Of a DNA stretch of 64,000 nt, positions 12,384-25,299 are shown piece by piece. The stretch's first letter is position 1, and each line of letters starts with the position of its first letter. Origin of the DNA: Lama glama (lineage: Eukaryota). The position numbers were made by a program, and so were the translations under genes. The stretch is from contig CM052816.1 of NCBI GenBank assembly GCA_028534125.1, forward strand, positions 55,182,001 to 55,246,000, written 5' to 3'. The notes under the pieces are model-generated. The model searched no databases. It was not told where the DNA came from and was given only the letters and a program-made list of their open reading frames with translations.

Positions 12384-13155
12384 CAAGATGGGCCAACTTT
12401 TTCTCTAAAGGGCCAGACTGTAAATATTTTAGACTTTGTACGTGCTTCGTTAGGACAACTACTCAACTTGGCTGTTACAGCGTGAAAGCAGCCATAGACA
12501 ATATAAAGCAAACAGATAGGGCTGAGAGAGGTAGTTAGGCAGGCTTACTGACTCTGGCTGATTACCCACAAGGGAAGGAAAGTGCCAGGCTGTTAAGAAA
12601 CGGGTTGTTTCTCTTATCCCACAGCTGGCTCCTTGGTTCCAAGGTCATGGCCATACAACAAGATATTTTATGCTCCACAACTGCTGCATCAATCCAAGGA
12701 CCCCAATATCTCTTTTCTTCTTTTTTCCCACTGTAGTTTCTGTTTTAGGGCTGAGCTCCACAGGAGGAAACAGCCAGTAACAGAAATGATTGGCACCGCT
12801 GGAATGAAGATAACGGTGGCAGAGCTTTCCAGTAAAGACACCATGGCCCAGCTGGGGACTGGAGCGCTCTCGATCAGTTACCTGCCTGATAGCTCCCCAC
12901 TCCAGGGTTTTCTTTTTTGCTTTCCCCCCACTTCTCTCTCTGAGCAATAAAGCAGCTCTTTCTTTCACTTTGTCCCTCTGCCTCTCCTGAGAATTCTTTG
13001 TCAGTTAGGGGGCAAGGACCCACAGGTTTGGTGGGCTTCTAATTTGGGGTCCCTGTATCCACTAACAGGACCATGTTCCAGAAAAAAAACTCTTGACAAA
13101 AACAGGCAGAGAGAGGGCCAGATTCAGCCTGTGGGCTGTAGTGGGCAGACCCCTG
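12384..13155 (-). mobile_element. MER58A hAT MITE split in two (12384-12522 and 13068-13155) by an LTR
   Basis: aaagggccagactgtaaatattttag...gcagccatagacaata continues as acaaaaacaggc...gggccagatt...gacccctg. 8-bp flanks are ctttagag and ctttaagg. Confidence 0.85.
12523..13067 (+). mobile_element. ERV1-type solo LTR nested in MER58A
   Basis: TG...CA ends (tgagagagg...cactaaca), flanks GGGC/GGAC and AATAAA at 12946. Confidence 0.8.
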
Positions 13156-15530
13156 CTTTAAGGAAAAGTTAGCCTGAAGCTGTGCTGAGGGCTGGTGTGT
13201 GATGAACGAACAGGAGCGTGGAAGGATCTAAGAGGCAGCACAAAGCTTAGCGCCACAGCTGGGGTGACAGAGAAGAAACGTGCTTGGGAGGTGGCAGCTC
13301 AGAGCTTGTGGAATAAGGGGTTTCTCTGCAAGGACAGAGACCCAAGGATCAACCCTTGAGAACCAGCCACACTGAGCGCAGGAAAAGAAGTCAGAGAGAA
13401 GAATGTGCGGGCAGAGACGTAAGAAGAGGGGGCTGATGGAGGAGAAGGGGGACGGCTGCTCCACGGGGCCCAGAGCCCAGGAACTCAGGAGGGACTCGGG
13501 CTCGTCTTGGAAGAGGGCACCAGTGGTCACGGAAGTGGCAGCGTCCGCGCAGCAGTAATGATGAAAGCAGAGCACAGGAGACTGCAGCAGGGCGGTGAGG
13601 ACGTGGAGGCGGGGGAGAAGCCAAGCACAAGCGCAGCTCACGGGAGCAAGGGGGCACGAGGCTGCTGGACTGGGAGGAAAGCTGGAAGGAGCGCTCCAGC
13701 CAGGAGGGCAGTGAAACAGACAGAGGAGGAGCCTCAGCGCGTTGACACGGACACGACTGCTCTGAGACCACCGCCACAAGCGTGACAGAGACGAGCAAAG
13801 GGCCTGTGCTACCAGGAGTGGGCTGTTTTGGAAGAACAGTGCTGTCATGTGTCTTATTTCCAGAAAATCCATGAAAAACAGGCTCATGAGAAGTTTATTA
13901 ACCTCAAGTTTAAACCTAGCTGCCAGCAATAAAAGGACTTTTTTCAGAGATGTCTCTTTTATATTAGCACTGTGAACAAAGAAAGCAGGAAGATCCAAAA
14001 GGAACTGTAGAGGAACAGAATAAGAAAATAATTTCTGAATGATGTCCATGTTACATCTTTTGATTTTTTAAAGCAATAATTTAAAGCCTGGAGGAGAAGG
14101 ACTTCTGTAGCTGATCTCAGGCCATTTCTAGACCCTGGGGGTGAGACTGTATGGCAGGAAAATAGGTCTGAAAATGGGCTCAAAGATCACACCGTGCTTG
14201 ATCAGTACTGATGCAACTGATGACACGAGTCCTCCAAGAGTCTCTCTTAGAAAATTACATGTACGTTTCTTTGCTGCTTGTTTACGTTTAGGTGGCAGAT
14301 ACTACAATAAAAACCAGACTAGATCACAATTGATTCCAGTAAAGATCTAAAGAAAAAACTCAGTAGTCCATTTCTCATGCTCCGACTATGACGTTTTTTT
14401 CCTCAGATAGGCAGGTTCCTAAGCTGTCAGCCCAGAGCGGTGAGTGAATGAATACTGGGACTGGCCTTGGACTAATGGATATTGGTCCTAATCCATTACT
14501 GCTGGAAAAGCGGAGGTGAATTCAGGGCAGCACTTCTTGACACCTGAGATTTATTTGTCATTAGGGATGAAACATCACACGAGGATTCCTCAATCCCAAA
14601 CTGTCAGAAGTACATGTGGGTATTTCAGGGAAGGTCACCCAAATATTCAGGTGTTGATCTACAGTACTGAGCTGCTATTTACTGGATGGTTATTCTTATA
14701 GGATTATAAATGATTTGTGTCTAGCATGAGCAGTTTAGCCATCTGCTTCTCAGACTAGGAAGGGAAAAAATGAGGTCACTTTGAGAGTAAGAAAAAAGTA
14801 GGAATTTTAGTCAATTATACATTATGGCTCAAAAACAAACCAAAAGAATGTTTAATTGATTTTATTTTCTTCTCTAAGACAAGGCATGTTAAAAATCGAC
14901 CCTCCCCACATCCCCCAATGTCCCTTAAACTCACCATAATCATTTTTATCTTTGAACTCTTGGACCTTATGCAATTAACCTTACCTGAACTATCTTTCTC
15001 TTGCCTTTCATCCAAATCCTGTACCTTGAACTTCACCTCCACATTCTTTGTGAGGACGCCCCAAAACACTTGAGTTTTCATAAGTAACTTTGACATATTC
15101 TCACCTACATTTGGATATATATTCTTTGTTAGTATATTATGTGCATCAGTCTTACCTCTAGAACTAATTTTCAGTGTGATCCCTGGCAGGTACCAAATCT
15201 TACAGCATCTTATTCTGACAGTCCATGAGACTATGTTGTTTTAGGCACATTTCAAATAATCAGTAAAACCTAGCTAATTTCATTTGAATTTAACTAATGA
15301 GGTTTAACTGCTTTCCTGCAGTACTTTTCCACAAACTAACACCACCATTCTGTCAGCCTAGTCTTCATAGCCAGCCAAATTATCTCACTACCTAGCAAGT
15401 TGATTTACCTGGTACTGCCTTTCTCAAGCCCCTCAAATTCCATGTACTATTGTTGACAGGACAGGTTTCCAAGCAGCATCAGCAGTGTCTGGGAGCTGCG
15501 TTAACTGCGTTCACATAAAAGAACCAGTTA

Positions 15531-15748
15531 AGACATTAACTATTATATGTAAAATAGATGAACAACAAGTTTCTACTGTATAGCATAGGGATCTATAGTC
15601 AATATCTTGTAGTAACCTATAATGAGAAAGAATACGAAAAGGAATACATGGTTGTCTATGTATAACTGCAACATTATGCTGTACACCAGAAATTGACAAA
15701 TTGTAAACTGACTATACTTCTATTAAAAAAAAAAAAAGAAAGAAAAAC
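15531..15748 (+). mobile_element. Lineage-specific L1 3' end with poly(A)
   Basis: ctactgtatagcatagg...gctgtacaccagaaattgac...aactgactatacttc followed by an A-tail. Confidence 0.85.
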
Positions 15749-17739
15749 ATTATTATTTCCAACCTTCAGTCCACACAGGATTTACCCAAACCTTGGCTAA
15801 TTGGGTAATGGTTTGATACAGACAGTGGATTCCCTTGGTGCTACTGGGACTTAACAGTTTTATTCTATCTTCCTTGATCCAGTAGTTCTCTCAGCTTTAG
15901 AAACAAAATCCTAACTGACAAGCCTGAAATAAAATACATCGACTTAAGTTTTTGTAACACCCCTAATTTCTACTTTTTCACCACCCTGCCACGGTTTTCA
16001 GCCAACAACTAAGATGCTTCCTCAGAAAATTACATCCTGTTTAGAGGCTAAGTACAGTGCACTAGTCACAGAGATCTGGGCCAATCTTGTCACACCAGTA
16101 AATTGGAGTGACAACCATCATATGACCACAGTAATTCTAGGGGTAGGAATGCTTCTAAATGGGACCACTAACCAAATGTCACCATCTACTAACCAGCCAA
16201 TGTCCCCACATTAATTCATTTTTAACACCTGTTCAGAATTCTCCCTCAAAGGGCCTGATGGGACAACTGCTCATTCTTCCTCTACCTCATCCAAAAAAAT
16301 GTATTTTATGCCTTTATTTTGTGATGTTTTTCTTTCACACTGTTAGTAGAACTGTCTGACAGGGGAACCCTGTTAGGTCAGCAATACTTCAAATAACAGT
16401 TTATTTAAATTAATAGCGAAAATAGGGGGAAGCTTGCTAGGGTACTTACCACAGCTACAGCAGCGCCAAACAAGTTCCTCAAGATTTTGTTACAGCAGAA
16501 GAATGAACAAAGCAATGACGTCTGTAGTGCAGCCCCAGCAGCGCAGCCCCAGCAACAAGCAGGCCGAGGCAGGGAGCGAGCGGGATGCTCCTCCGCAGAG
16601 TTAGATGCGTCCCTGGAGCAGCCCTGCAGCGCCCTTTCAGAGCTACCCAAACTCCCAGAGCCTTCCCATTTTCAGAACAGGTAGACTGTTTTATGTTTAT
16701 GAGAAAATATCACGAGAGCCTTGGTTCTCTGAACTATATAGTGCTTTATTTATTAGAACGTCATTTAGGGGAGAGAGGTGGGGGCTGACAAGGAAGGGAA
16801 GATGTATTCACCTCAGGACACCAGAAAAGCAAGCAGAGGGGTTCAGAGAGCGAGATGGCTTAAGAAGGTGCTGCAGATAGAACCAGCCGCCTCCTAGGGC
16901 CGACCTGCTGGATAGGCGCCAGGCGTTTGGTCACACGGCTCCATTAGCCTCCATGACAGCATCTCCAAAAGGAGATTAGGAATTTAGCGAATACTTTTTC
17001 CCTTAATTAATCCCTATGGATCTGTCGCATAAACATTTCTAAAATGTTATGGAATCTTCTTACACTCTCTGCTTTTCTGCTTGCCTGCTTTGGTTTTGGG
17101 CCCATGTGATTACAGGAGTTTTACCCATTGTTGCTGACCTGGATCCCAGGGGAGAATGGAACCCAGGGTGAGTACTTCTGGTGGGTGAGGGGGTCTGGCA
17201 GTTACTAAAGCAGGGATAGGGCCATGGGGTGCAGAGTCCTGGAGGTCAGGAGGCCAGCAAGGGCGGCCCTGGTGGGAACCCTCCAGCGAAGAACAGTCAG
17301 AACCCAGAGAAGGTAACTGAGCTCACGGATTTTGGTTCTGCCCAAAAGAAGTCCATGATTCAAGCGCAGGGTCAAGAGGCCCAGAGGCATTTGAAGCATG
17401 TATTCAGGAAACGCAGGGACCTTTCACCATGCGTCCTAGCCAGGACTCACAAACGACTGCCTTTCATTGCAAGGAGAAAGCAATTAGAACAGGCGTACAC
17501 ATATCCTGTGCCTGGATACCATGAATGTGGATTCCACGAATTCCACCTCAAACGTAAAAGCAGTTTTCTCTGTCCCACATACTGATTTCCCATTTTTCCT
17601 GTATCATTTTAGGACCCAAAAGTGGTGTGAAGTGCATGCTCTAGGTTGGGATTTTTTTTTTTAAGTTAGGAAGAACTTACTTGGCAAAGATTCTGATTCC
17701 AACTCCTGGGTCTAAAGACTTCACCATCAGCCACTCAGT

Positions 17740-17970
17740 GGAGGAAGACTGCATGCCTTCCAGCTGGACTCTGACACTTGTTAGCCATGTGACCCTGGGC
17801 AGACTAATGAACCTCTCTGGGTACCAGTTTCACTGTATGAAAAGAGGACTAATAACAGTACATTCCTCATTGGGTTATTAATGAGCTAAAATGAGTGAAA
17901 TCTTGTAAAGTGCTCAGAACTATTGCTGGCACATGGTAAAACCTATGTACGTGTTTGCCACTATTACTAT
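17740..17970 (+). mobile_element. MIR SINE
   Basis: tgtgaccctgggcagactaatgaacctctctg..cagtttc...tgtaaagtgctcagaac..ctggcacatggtaa. Confidence 0.8.
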
Positions 17971-19689
17971 CCTGGGCTTCCCTGCTCGTAAAGACAAGCT
18001 AAAGCTATCTTCCTTTAGCTCAGAGAAATAAGATGAATGCACGCATTCAACGCAAAGAGTCATGGCAACTTGGGGCTTTTCCCTTCACACGAATCAGTCA
18101 CATTCAAGGCCACAAAGACTCAAGGCCTAGGAGGATAGAGGTAAAAGGGGCATGAGATATTTAGTCAACCTACTCATTTTACAGATGAAAAACTTAAAGC
18201 TAAAACTGGCTATGGTCCTAGAGTTAAGTTTCACAACAGAATCAGGAACAGAATTCCATGAAGTGAATTTGCCAGGGTCCGAAGGTGTAGGTTCACATAC
18301 TAATATTAGGCGCCTATCAGGTCAGCATTACTGTTGTTTATTGTCAGCCCTGTCTGTTTTTCTTTTCAGTACAATGATCAAATGTGAAAATGTCTTAAGC
18401 TCTGCAGAATAGCTCACATACAATTACGGAGGGGTTGGCTAAGGGTGGCACAACTTTGATGCACAACTCATTCAAATAAAATTCACATGACTTGACCTCC
18501 TTTCATTGTTCTAATTCTGCATCATGTATATCAAGGAGAGAGACTGTGTCACAGATAGCCATGCCCAAGCACCCCTCTTATAAGAACCCTTTAACTGGTC
18601 AACTTGACCTTGAATGCTGAAGTCTATTTAAATGGGCAAAGAGCTCTGCTGTAGAAAGCTTGGCCAGTGGTGTTGAAAACAGTGAGGTTTGTGGATGCCT
18701 AAGTAAGGGCTCTGCTGTTGGTCAACACAAATCCAAATCTTTTCTGCCGCTTTGTGGAAGGAGTATAAATGGGGAGCATACACTGCTATGTTTCCAAACT
18801 TGAAAGTGAAGGCGGAATAACCAGTGAAGCATTTTTGGAGGCAGCATTTAAAAGGTGCAGCTGTCCACTGGTCTGATCCCAGCTCATGGAGACCTGCAGG
18901 ATTTATTTACCCCAATATCAAATGATGACTCCTACAAAGGTGCCTTTATTTGAATTTGTTGCAAGTCCCACTCCTTCTATCACCTTACAATCGGGTCTGG
19001 GCTAAGCAATGATATTGAACTGCTCAAATAGGGGTTTGTTGATTCTAATTACAAACCTGGAGAGAAGATGTCCAATTTCTACTCCTTCCCTCCTCCAGGC
19101 CTTCAAAAGCCTTTGGAATTTGAGCCAAACCACCTCAGATGCCACACTGCCGGGATGTGGAATGCTGCTGTGCCGTGTGCCAGGTCAAAGGACCAAAATC
19201 TCATTTACTTTGAAAAAATGCTCAAAACTCTTACCCATGAGGGTATTCCCACCCCTACCCCTTATCTTCATGTCTATTCTGGGCATGAAATGAACACAAG
19301 ATACTGCAGGGCAGAAACTGTATCAGGAGACGCAGGAAGAATAGCGGGCTTGAGGCCCTGGGGTTAGCCAGGGACAGGTGGAGGAGACGTAGGCACCCAC
19401 TCCCCACCGCCCCCTCCCATCTTCTTTCTGGCAAACTCATTCTAGACTCACACCTGTGCTGCAGCTATCATGATCCTGGTCTGGGCTCTGCAGCCTGGCC
19501 CTCTACCTCTCACTCCAGATCTGGACTCTGCTTTCTGGCCAGTCTGCCCTACTCCCTTTCTCCCTCCCCTGGGCCTCAACTTATTCGTTCCCAGTTCCTG
19601 AATCTCCTCAGCCACTGGTTTGGTCTTTTTGAATTTGGTCTTAACCCAACAAAAAACAAACAAACAAAAACCCCCCTAGCTCAATCGAC

Positions 19690-20030
19690 ACTACTCATAC
19701 TATTCAGTAATAAGTAGGAATGAATGATTAAAACATGCAACCACTGATGGGTGTCCAGGGCATTACGCTGAGGGTGAAAAAAGCCAATCCCAAAAGGTTA
19801 CCTGTGGTATAATTCCATTTCTATAACATTCTTGGAATGGCAAAACTGCAGAGATGGAGAATAGAACAGTGGTTGCCAGGGGTTAAGTCTGGGGAGATGG
19901 TGCGGCTATAAAGGAATAATGCCCACAAATAACAACATCAACAACAACAACAAAACCCAAAAGACTGACAATACATCAAGGTTCTGTAAGATGTTGTCCT
20001 TGAAGGAAGCTGGGTGAAGGGTACTAAGAC
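19690..20030 (+). mobile_element. Old L1 (L1MB/MC-type) 3'UTR fragment
   Basis: aaaaaagccaatcccaaaaggttac...attccatttctataacattcttggaatggcaaaact...agtggttgccagggg. Confidence 0.75.
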
Positions 20031-20211
20031 AGCCTGCACTCTGCCTGTAGAGGGTGTATCTCCCTGAATAAATCTACTTTCACTTTACTGTGGCTCACTC
20101 TTGAATCTTTCCTGTGTGAAGCCAAGGACCCTCACTTGGCAGGGCGCATCCCAGGGACTGCCCCAAGACCTGGGACATGACCATCCCCTCTCGCCCCGTT
20201 TTCCTGCAACA
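20031..20211 (+). mobile_element. 3' part only of a MER41-like ERV1 LTR
   Basis: Closely similar to 31935-32097 (ctgaataaatctac...tcttgaat..ttcctgtgtgaagccaaggacc..cacttggc) and ends in ttttcctgcaaca. Confidence 0.8.
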
Positions 20212-22433
20212 ACAGCACTCTAAAAAACTAGTCGTTCTCACATGACTTGAATGCTTCAAGGACTTTAAGAAAGGAGGTGGCTGGATCATTTAACTTGGCA
20301 ACTAAGTTAAGGCACAGACAATCCCATCCTGGTCTGCTGAGGGAAAGGCAAATATGAGTGAACACATCTTCCCAATTCTCAGAAGACAGGAGAGTAAAAG
20401 TCGTTATTGCTGCTCAGTTCTCCGGCATCCACAGCTGTCCTGCTGGACCTGACTCAAGGGCTTCAAAGACATTTTGCTTTGCATTTGCAAAGGTTTATTT
20501 CCTATGTATTGAGGGTGAGTTTATAGAAAATCAAAATGAATACATGACAGTTCATTCCTCCTTCTTCATACAGGGAAGAAAGTATGAGGTTCTAAAGGTC
20601 AAAGAAGGTGTTGGACTTGCAGTAAGACATTGATCATGATGGTCACCATAGGTCTAATTTAGTTTTCACTGGGAAAAATGTTTAGCTTTTGATCTGTGTG
20701 AGATAAAGAAGAGGAGATCTGCTTGTGAGGGAGGAACCACAGGGCTACTGAAGAGCCAAGACAGAGCTGGGGCAGGGTCAGGCCAACAACACTAGTAAAG
20801 TAGATGGTACCATTAAAGAGGGTTGTACACCATCTGGGTGACAGCACTCTTCAGACCTCAACCCGAAACTCATGGGGAAAATTATTAACAAGCAGAGCTC
20901 ATTTATAATATTCAACATATGCATAAATATTGATTAGAAGAGAGAATAGTTGGGTATAGTCCACCATGGACACATGCATTTGTTCATTCAATCACCAATT
21001 CCACAAACATGTCTTGAGTAGTAACTATGTGCCTGCCAGGCACTGATGACCCAAGGATGAATAAACACAGAGCAACCAAAGAACATTTCCTGGAGACACT
21101 GAACTTTGACACTGGTTCTGAAGTGTCTAAGCCAGAGGCCTCCACACTGGGTTCTTCTGAACTCTGGTTCAGTGAAGTGTTAATAAAGGTGCAGTGAAGT
21201 ATTTACATTATCTTCAATGAAACAAAGGGTTTTACAGTCAAATCACTTTTGAAATGTTGCCCTGATTGTCTCAAATTTGTGTATTAATTGTTCTGAGAAG
21301 TCCTGTACTAAAGACTTTAATATCTCACAGGATCCAGTTTGGGAAACATTCCTCTAGACTACAGACTGATAAAGAAGCGGGGGGATTACAGACATTCAAA
21401 GTGAAAAGACAGGATCAAGCAAGTCATATTTCTTGTCTCATGAAACACTCCCAATGGCTCAATCCACGTAAGCCAGTACATCTCCAGAAATGTCACTGTT
21501 ATCCAGTTATCTGATAACAATGCCATATGACATGTATTTTTACCAACTTTCTTCTGCTTAAGATATACAGAGATGGCTCATGTTTCATAGAATCTCTGCA
21601 TCATGAAGGGCTGATCCTGAAAGGACTTTTGTGAACCCTCTGATACCATCGTCTCATTCTGCAGATGAGTCTGGACAAGGCTAATCAGTGACCCTATCCT
21701 GAAGAAACTCTGGGCTCTGGTTTCCAGCTGAAAGGCCCCCCTGAAAGATTACTTGCCTTTTATGTGCTCTATAGAGCATTTATTGTACTGTGGGCACTAA
21801 ATGATAATTACTAAGTTATTAAAGGCAAATACAGTATTTCTAACATTACTATGTAAAAATAAGAATAATAATAAAATGTACAGCCATTTGCTTGGAAGCA
21901 TTCATTGAACATTTCAGGCCAAAAAATAAGGGTGTACTAGGGCAAAAGACGTTGCATGGCCTCAAGAATATCACTATCTGACAGTACTTCCTTGCATCAC
22001 CTTGTCAGTGAGACTTTTTTATATCTTTGGTGTTAATCTTATTAACCTACTGGTACAGAGCTTATTACTCTGAAAATAGCTTTTCTCCCCTTCTAAGCCA
22101 AACTTATCCAAGAGCATCAGTCTAAAGACTATAAATAGTCCAAGTAAAACGATGTGACATGAAAATGTAGGCTACGGCCAGCAGAACTAAATAATAGGTT
22201 TCATTTAAAATCAGAGAACTAGGTGATAAGATCCCACCACTTTGTCCTGGATTTTACAGTCATTAAAGTGACACTGCACACAAGGAATATATACAAATAC
22301 ACTTGGTCTAACCTTACAAAGCAAGCCAGTCAATTTTCCAAGCAACCTTACCTGTTTGTTCTTTTTTAAGTAGCTTTATTGAGATATAATTCATATACTA
22401 TCCTATCTCCCATTTAAAGTATAAAATTCAGAG

Positions 22434-22540
22434 AGGAAGGAGATAGCTTAGTGGTAGAGTGCATGCTTAGCATGCATGAGGTTCTGGGTTCAATCCCCAG
22501 CACCTCCATTAAATAAAGAAACCTAATTTTTAAAAAATCC
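22434..22540 (+). mobile_element. tRNA-derived SINE
   Basis: atagcttagtggtagagtgcatgcttagcatgcatgaggttctgggttcaatccccagcacctcc followed by aaacctaatt. Confidence 0.85.
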
Positions 22541-22554
22541 CAAAAGCACAAAAG

Positions 22555-23308
22555 TAGATTAAAAATGAGTTGAAGACTTGAATAGACATTTCTCCAAAAA
22601 GACATACAAATGGCCAACAGGTACACGAAAAGGTGCTTAACATCACTAATCATCAGGGCAAGGCAAATCAAAGCCATAATGAGATATCATCTCACACCTG
22701 TTAGGATGGCTATTATTTAAAAAAAAAAACACATACATACACATAAAAGATAACAAAGGCTGGTGAGAATGTAAAGAAAAGAGAACCCTACAGCCATTAC
22801 GGAAAACATAATGGAAGTTCCTCAAAAAATTAAAAATAGGACTACTATATAATCCAGCAACCCCACTTCTGCGTATACACCCCAAAGAATCAAAAGCAGT
22901 ATCTCTAAGGGGTATCTGCACTCCCATGTCCATTGATAAGGAATGGAGTTTTTAAAAATGTGGTATTTACATACAGTGGACTATTATTCAGCCTTAAAAA
23001 GGAAGAAGAGCCTGTCATTTGCTACAACAGGGATGAACCTGAAAGACATTATGCTAGGTAAAATTAGCCAGACCCAGAAGAATAAACATTACATGATCCC
23101 AAGTATACCGGGAATAAAGCAGCCAAACTCATAGAAGCAGAGAGTAGACTAGTAGTTATGAACAGCTGGGGGGTAAGGAACTGGGGAGGTACTGATAAAA
23201 AGGCACATAGTTTCACTTACACAAGATAAATAAATCCTAGAGATCTCCTGTCCAGCATGGTGCATATAGTTACTAATATTGTATTGCATACTTTAAAACT
23301 TGCTAAGG
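22555..23308 (+). mobile_element. L1 (L1MA-like) ORF2 end and 3'UTR fragment
   Basis: gacttgaatagacatttctccaaa..gacatacaaatggccaacagg...tatcatctcacacctgttaggatggc...ttgctaagg. Confidence 0.85.
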
Positions 23309-23899
23309 CAGAGGTTGTCAGAGATGGGGAGGGAAATTTACCAGTACTGTTTAAGTGCTAGGTGCTTCTCATACATTGTCTCTAACCCTCACAGCAACTC
23401 TCTAGGATGACATTTCGTACTAACAACCAGCTGAAAGCTGTTTGCAGTTGGCTGGTACAAGGATAGAAGAAACGTTTCAGGGCACCCGAGGTCAGCTTTA
23501 AGTAGTCCACGACTACTAGCAGGTCACTAAAACAGTTTGAAAGGCTTCGCCTCACTTAATTCTTATCTGCCTGCTAACACCCACATATCAAGAACAAAGG
23601 ATGAGAGGCTCTGGAAAAGTGACGATCTCAAGTCAAAAAGGAAAAATAAAAGAATCTACAAGATAAGGATACTGTTTACTTTTTCTTTCCAGATTAGTAA
23701 ACTGAAGCACAGAGAATTTAAGAAACACGCCCAAAGTCACACAACTCCTAAACATCAAGTCTAAGATTCACATCCAGCTCTGCCTCCGAGTCTTTGTTCA
23801 TTCTGTGCTTCTTTCCATCACATCCTAATGGAAATGTATAACCGGACATTTTAGATCAGTGCATGGAAATCATCAGAAAGTCTAGGGTTGCCTCTGTTA

Positions 23900-24120
23900 A
23901 ATCTTCCCAGCCCTGCCCTTCAGAGCACCAGGTGTTCCTTCTGTTCAATCTCCCTGCTACAGCATCTGTAACTAATTAGGTGCCCTTATCCGACATACGT
24001 CTGTCTCCACCTCCGGCCTGTAAGTGACCAAAAGCAAGGATTCTGTCTTTGCAATTCCAGCACCTAGTCTGGAATCTGGCACAGAGAAGGCATTAAGTAA
24101 GCGTTTGTCAGATGAGTAAG
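23900..24120 (+). mobile_element. L2 3' end
   Basis: ccagcacctag...ctggcacagagaaggcattaagtaagcgtttgtcagatgag. Confidence 0.6.
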
Positions 24121-25299
24121 AAAGGTAATCTGCATCACAAACACACACAGACAACAAAGCCCCAAGAGCTAACTAAGTCTTGGGGAAAATCTCTTTAGGA
24201 GGCAAAGAACGCAGGAGGAGTTTTAGGGAAGTTGAGACATCCAGGACAGCCCAGGGTTACTGGGCTCAGTTTCCCAATGACTTCCCACCAAACAAAGCAA
24301 TCCACAGGATGAGAAGAAGCTTAGGGAACGAGGCTGCTCCCAGGAACTCGTTTCAGACTCCGAGCTGAAGTGCTGGGGGTCTCTACCTAACAGGAGCAGC
24401 TCAGAATGCCCCAGGGGATGAGGAAGTACCTTCCCCAACTGGGGAGAACCTGGAAACCCTCTGGCCTTTCCCATGGGCTTCCCAGTGGTCCATCTAGGAT
24501 GCATCCCCATGTCACAGCTACAGAATTTATTTCTCTCTAAGCGGGGAAATGGCATCTCTGGGGGAACAATGCATTGCCTTGTGACTCTGAGAAAATATGA
24601 CCTGTGATCTCAGACACCATATGATGTGCAGTAGAAATCTGCAGGGGCCACTATCACATGACTATCAACTGCATCTCTACCTAGGTCCCTACACTGTGAA
24701 AGTCGTGTGCCTAGTGGGGGAGGGAGGCAGGGGACATGAAGCCTCTTTACCGATGTAGCAGGAACCCAGTGAGTAAAGCTGTGGTGTGTGGTCTTAGCAG
24801 ATCCTCTAACTTACTCATTTTACCACAAGGGAGTGGTCGACTGGTAGCTACCTCTCCCCCTCCGCACACCTGTCCCGAGCAATTCGATACCACTGTATCA
24901 CTGCTATTTGACTGCTTAAATATGAACATTACAGCAAGTTCATTTTACTGTTGAATCCAGAGGTACCAGTAACTGACACAGTTTTCAATTTGGAAAAATA
25001 AATAAAATGAGACGGCAGCAGCTGACCCAGTCCATTCCCGGTTTGCCAATTTATCTCCTATAGATATTCCGGATGTGATTATTGGCACGTGATGACGCAG
25101 AAGGACTAGCTAATGGCTACAAACCTGCAATTATTTCCTTGCAGAAGATGATTAATATTTTTTCAGCTGCTCCAGTCTATGATATAATTATGTTATTAGA
25201 AGTATTATCCAAAACAAATATACCACAGTACCTTATGACCAAATTCTAAACCCTGATTTGTTTCTTTCCCTTTAAAAATATACATTAAGACTCAATTTA

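Noticed and set aside
13228..14049. Longest ORF in the track (273 aa, minus strand)
   Set aside because: Leu/Ser/Pro/Cys-rich translation of a purine-skewed stretch with no recognisable domain or SV2C similarity; most likely a chance ORF.
18857..18878. Second RE1-like site (gcagctgtccactggtctgat)
   Set aside because: Only about 13 of 21 positions match and the GGTGCTGA half is broken.
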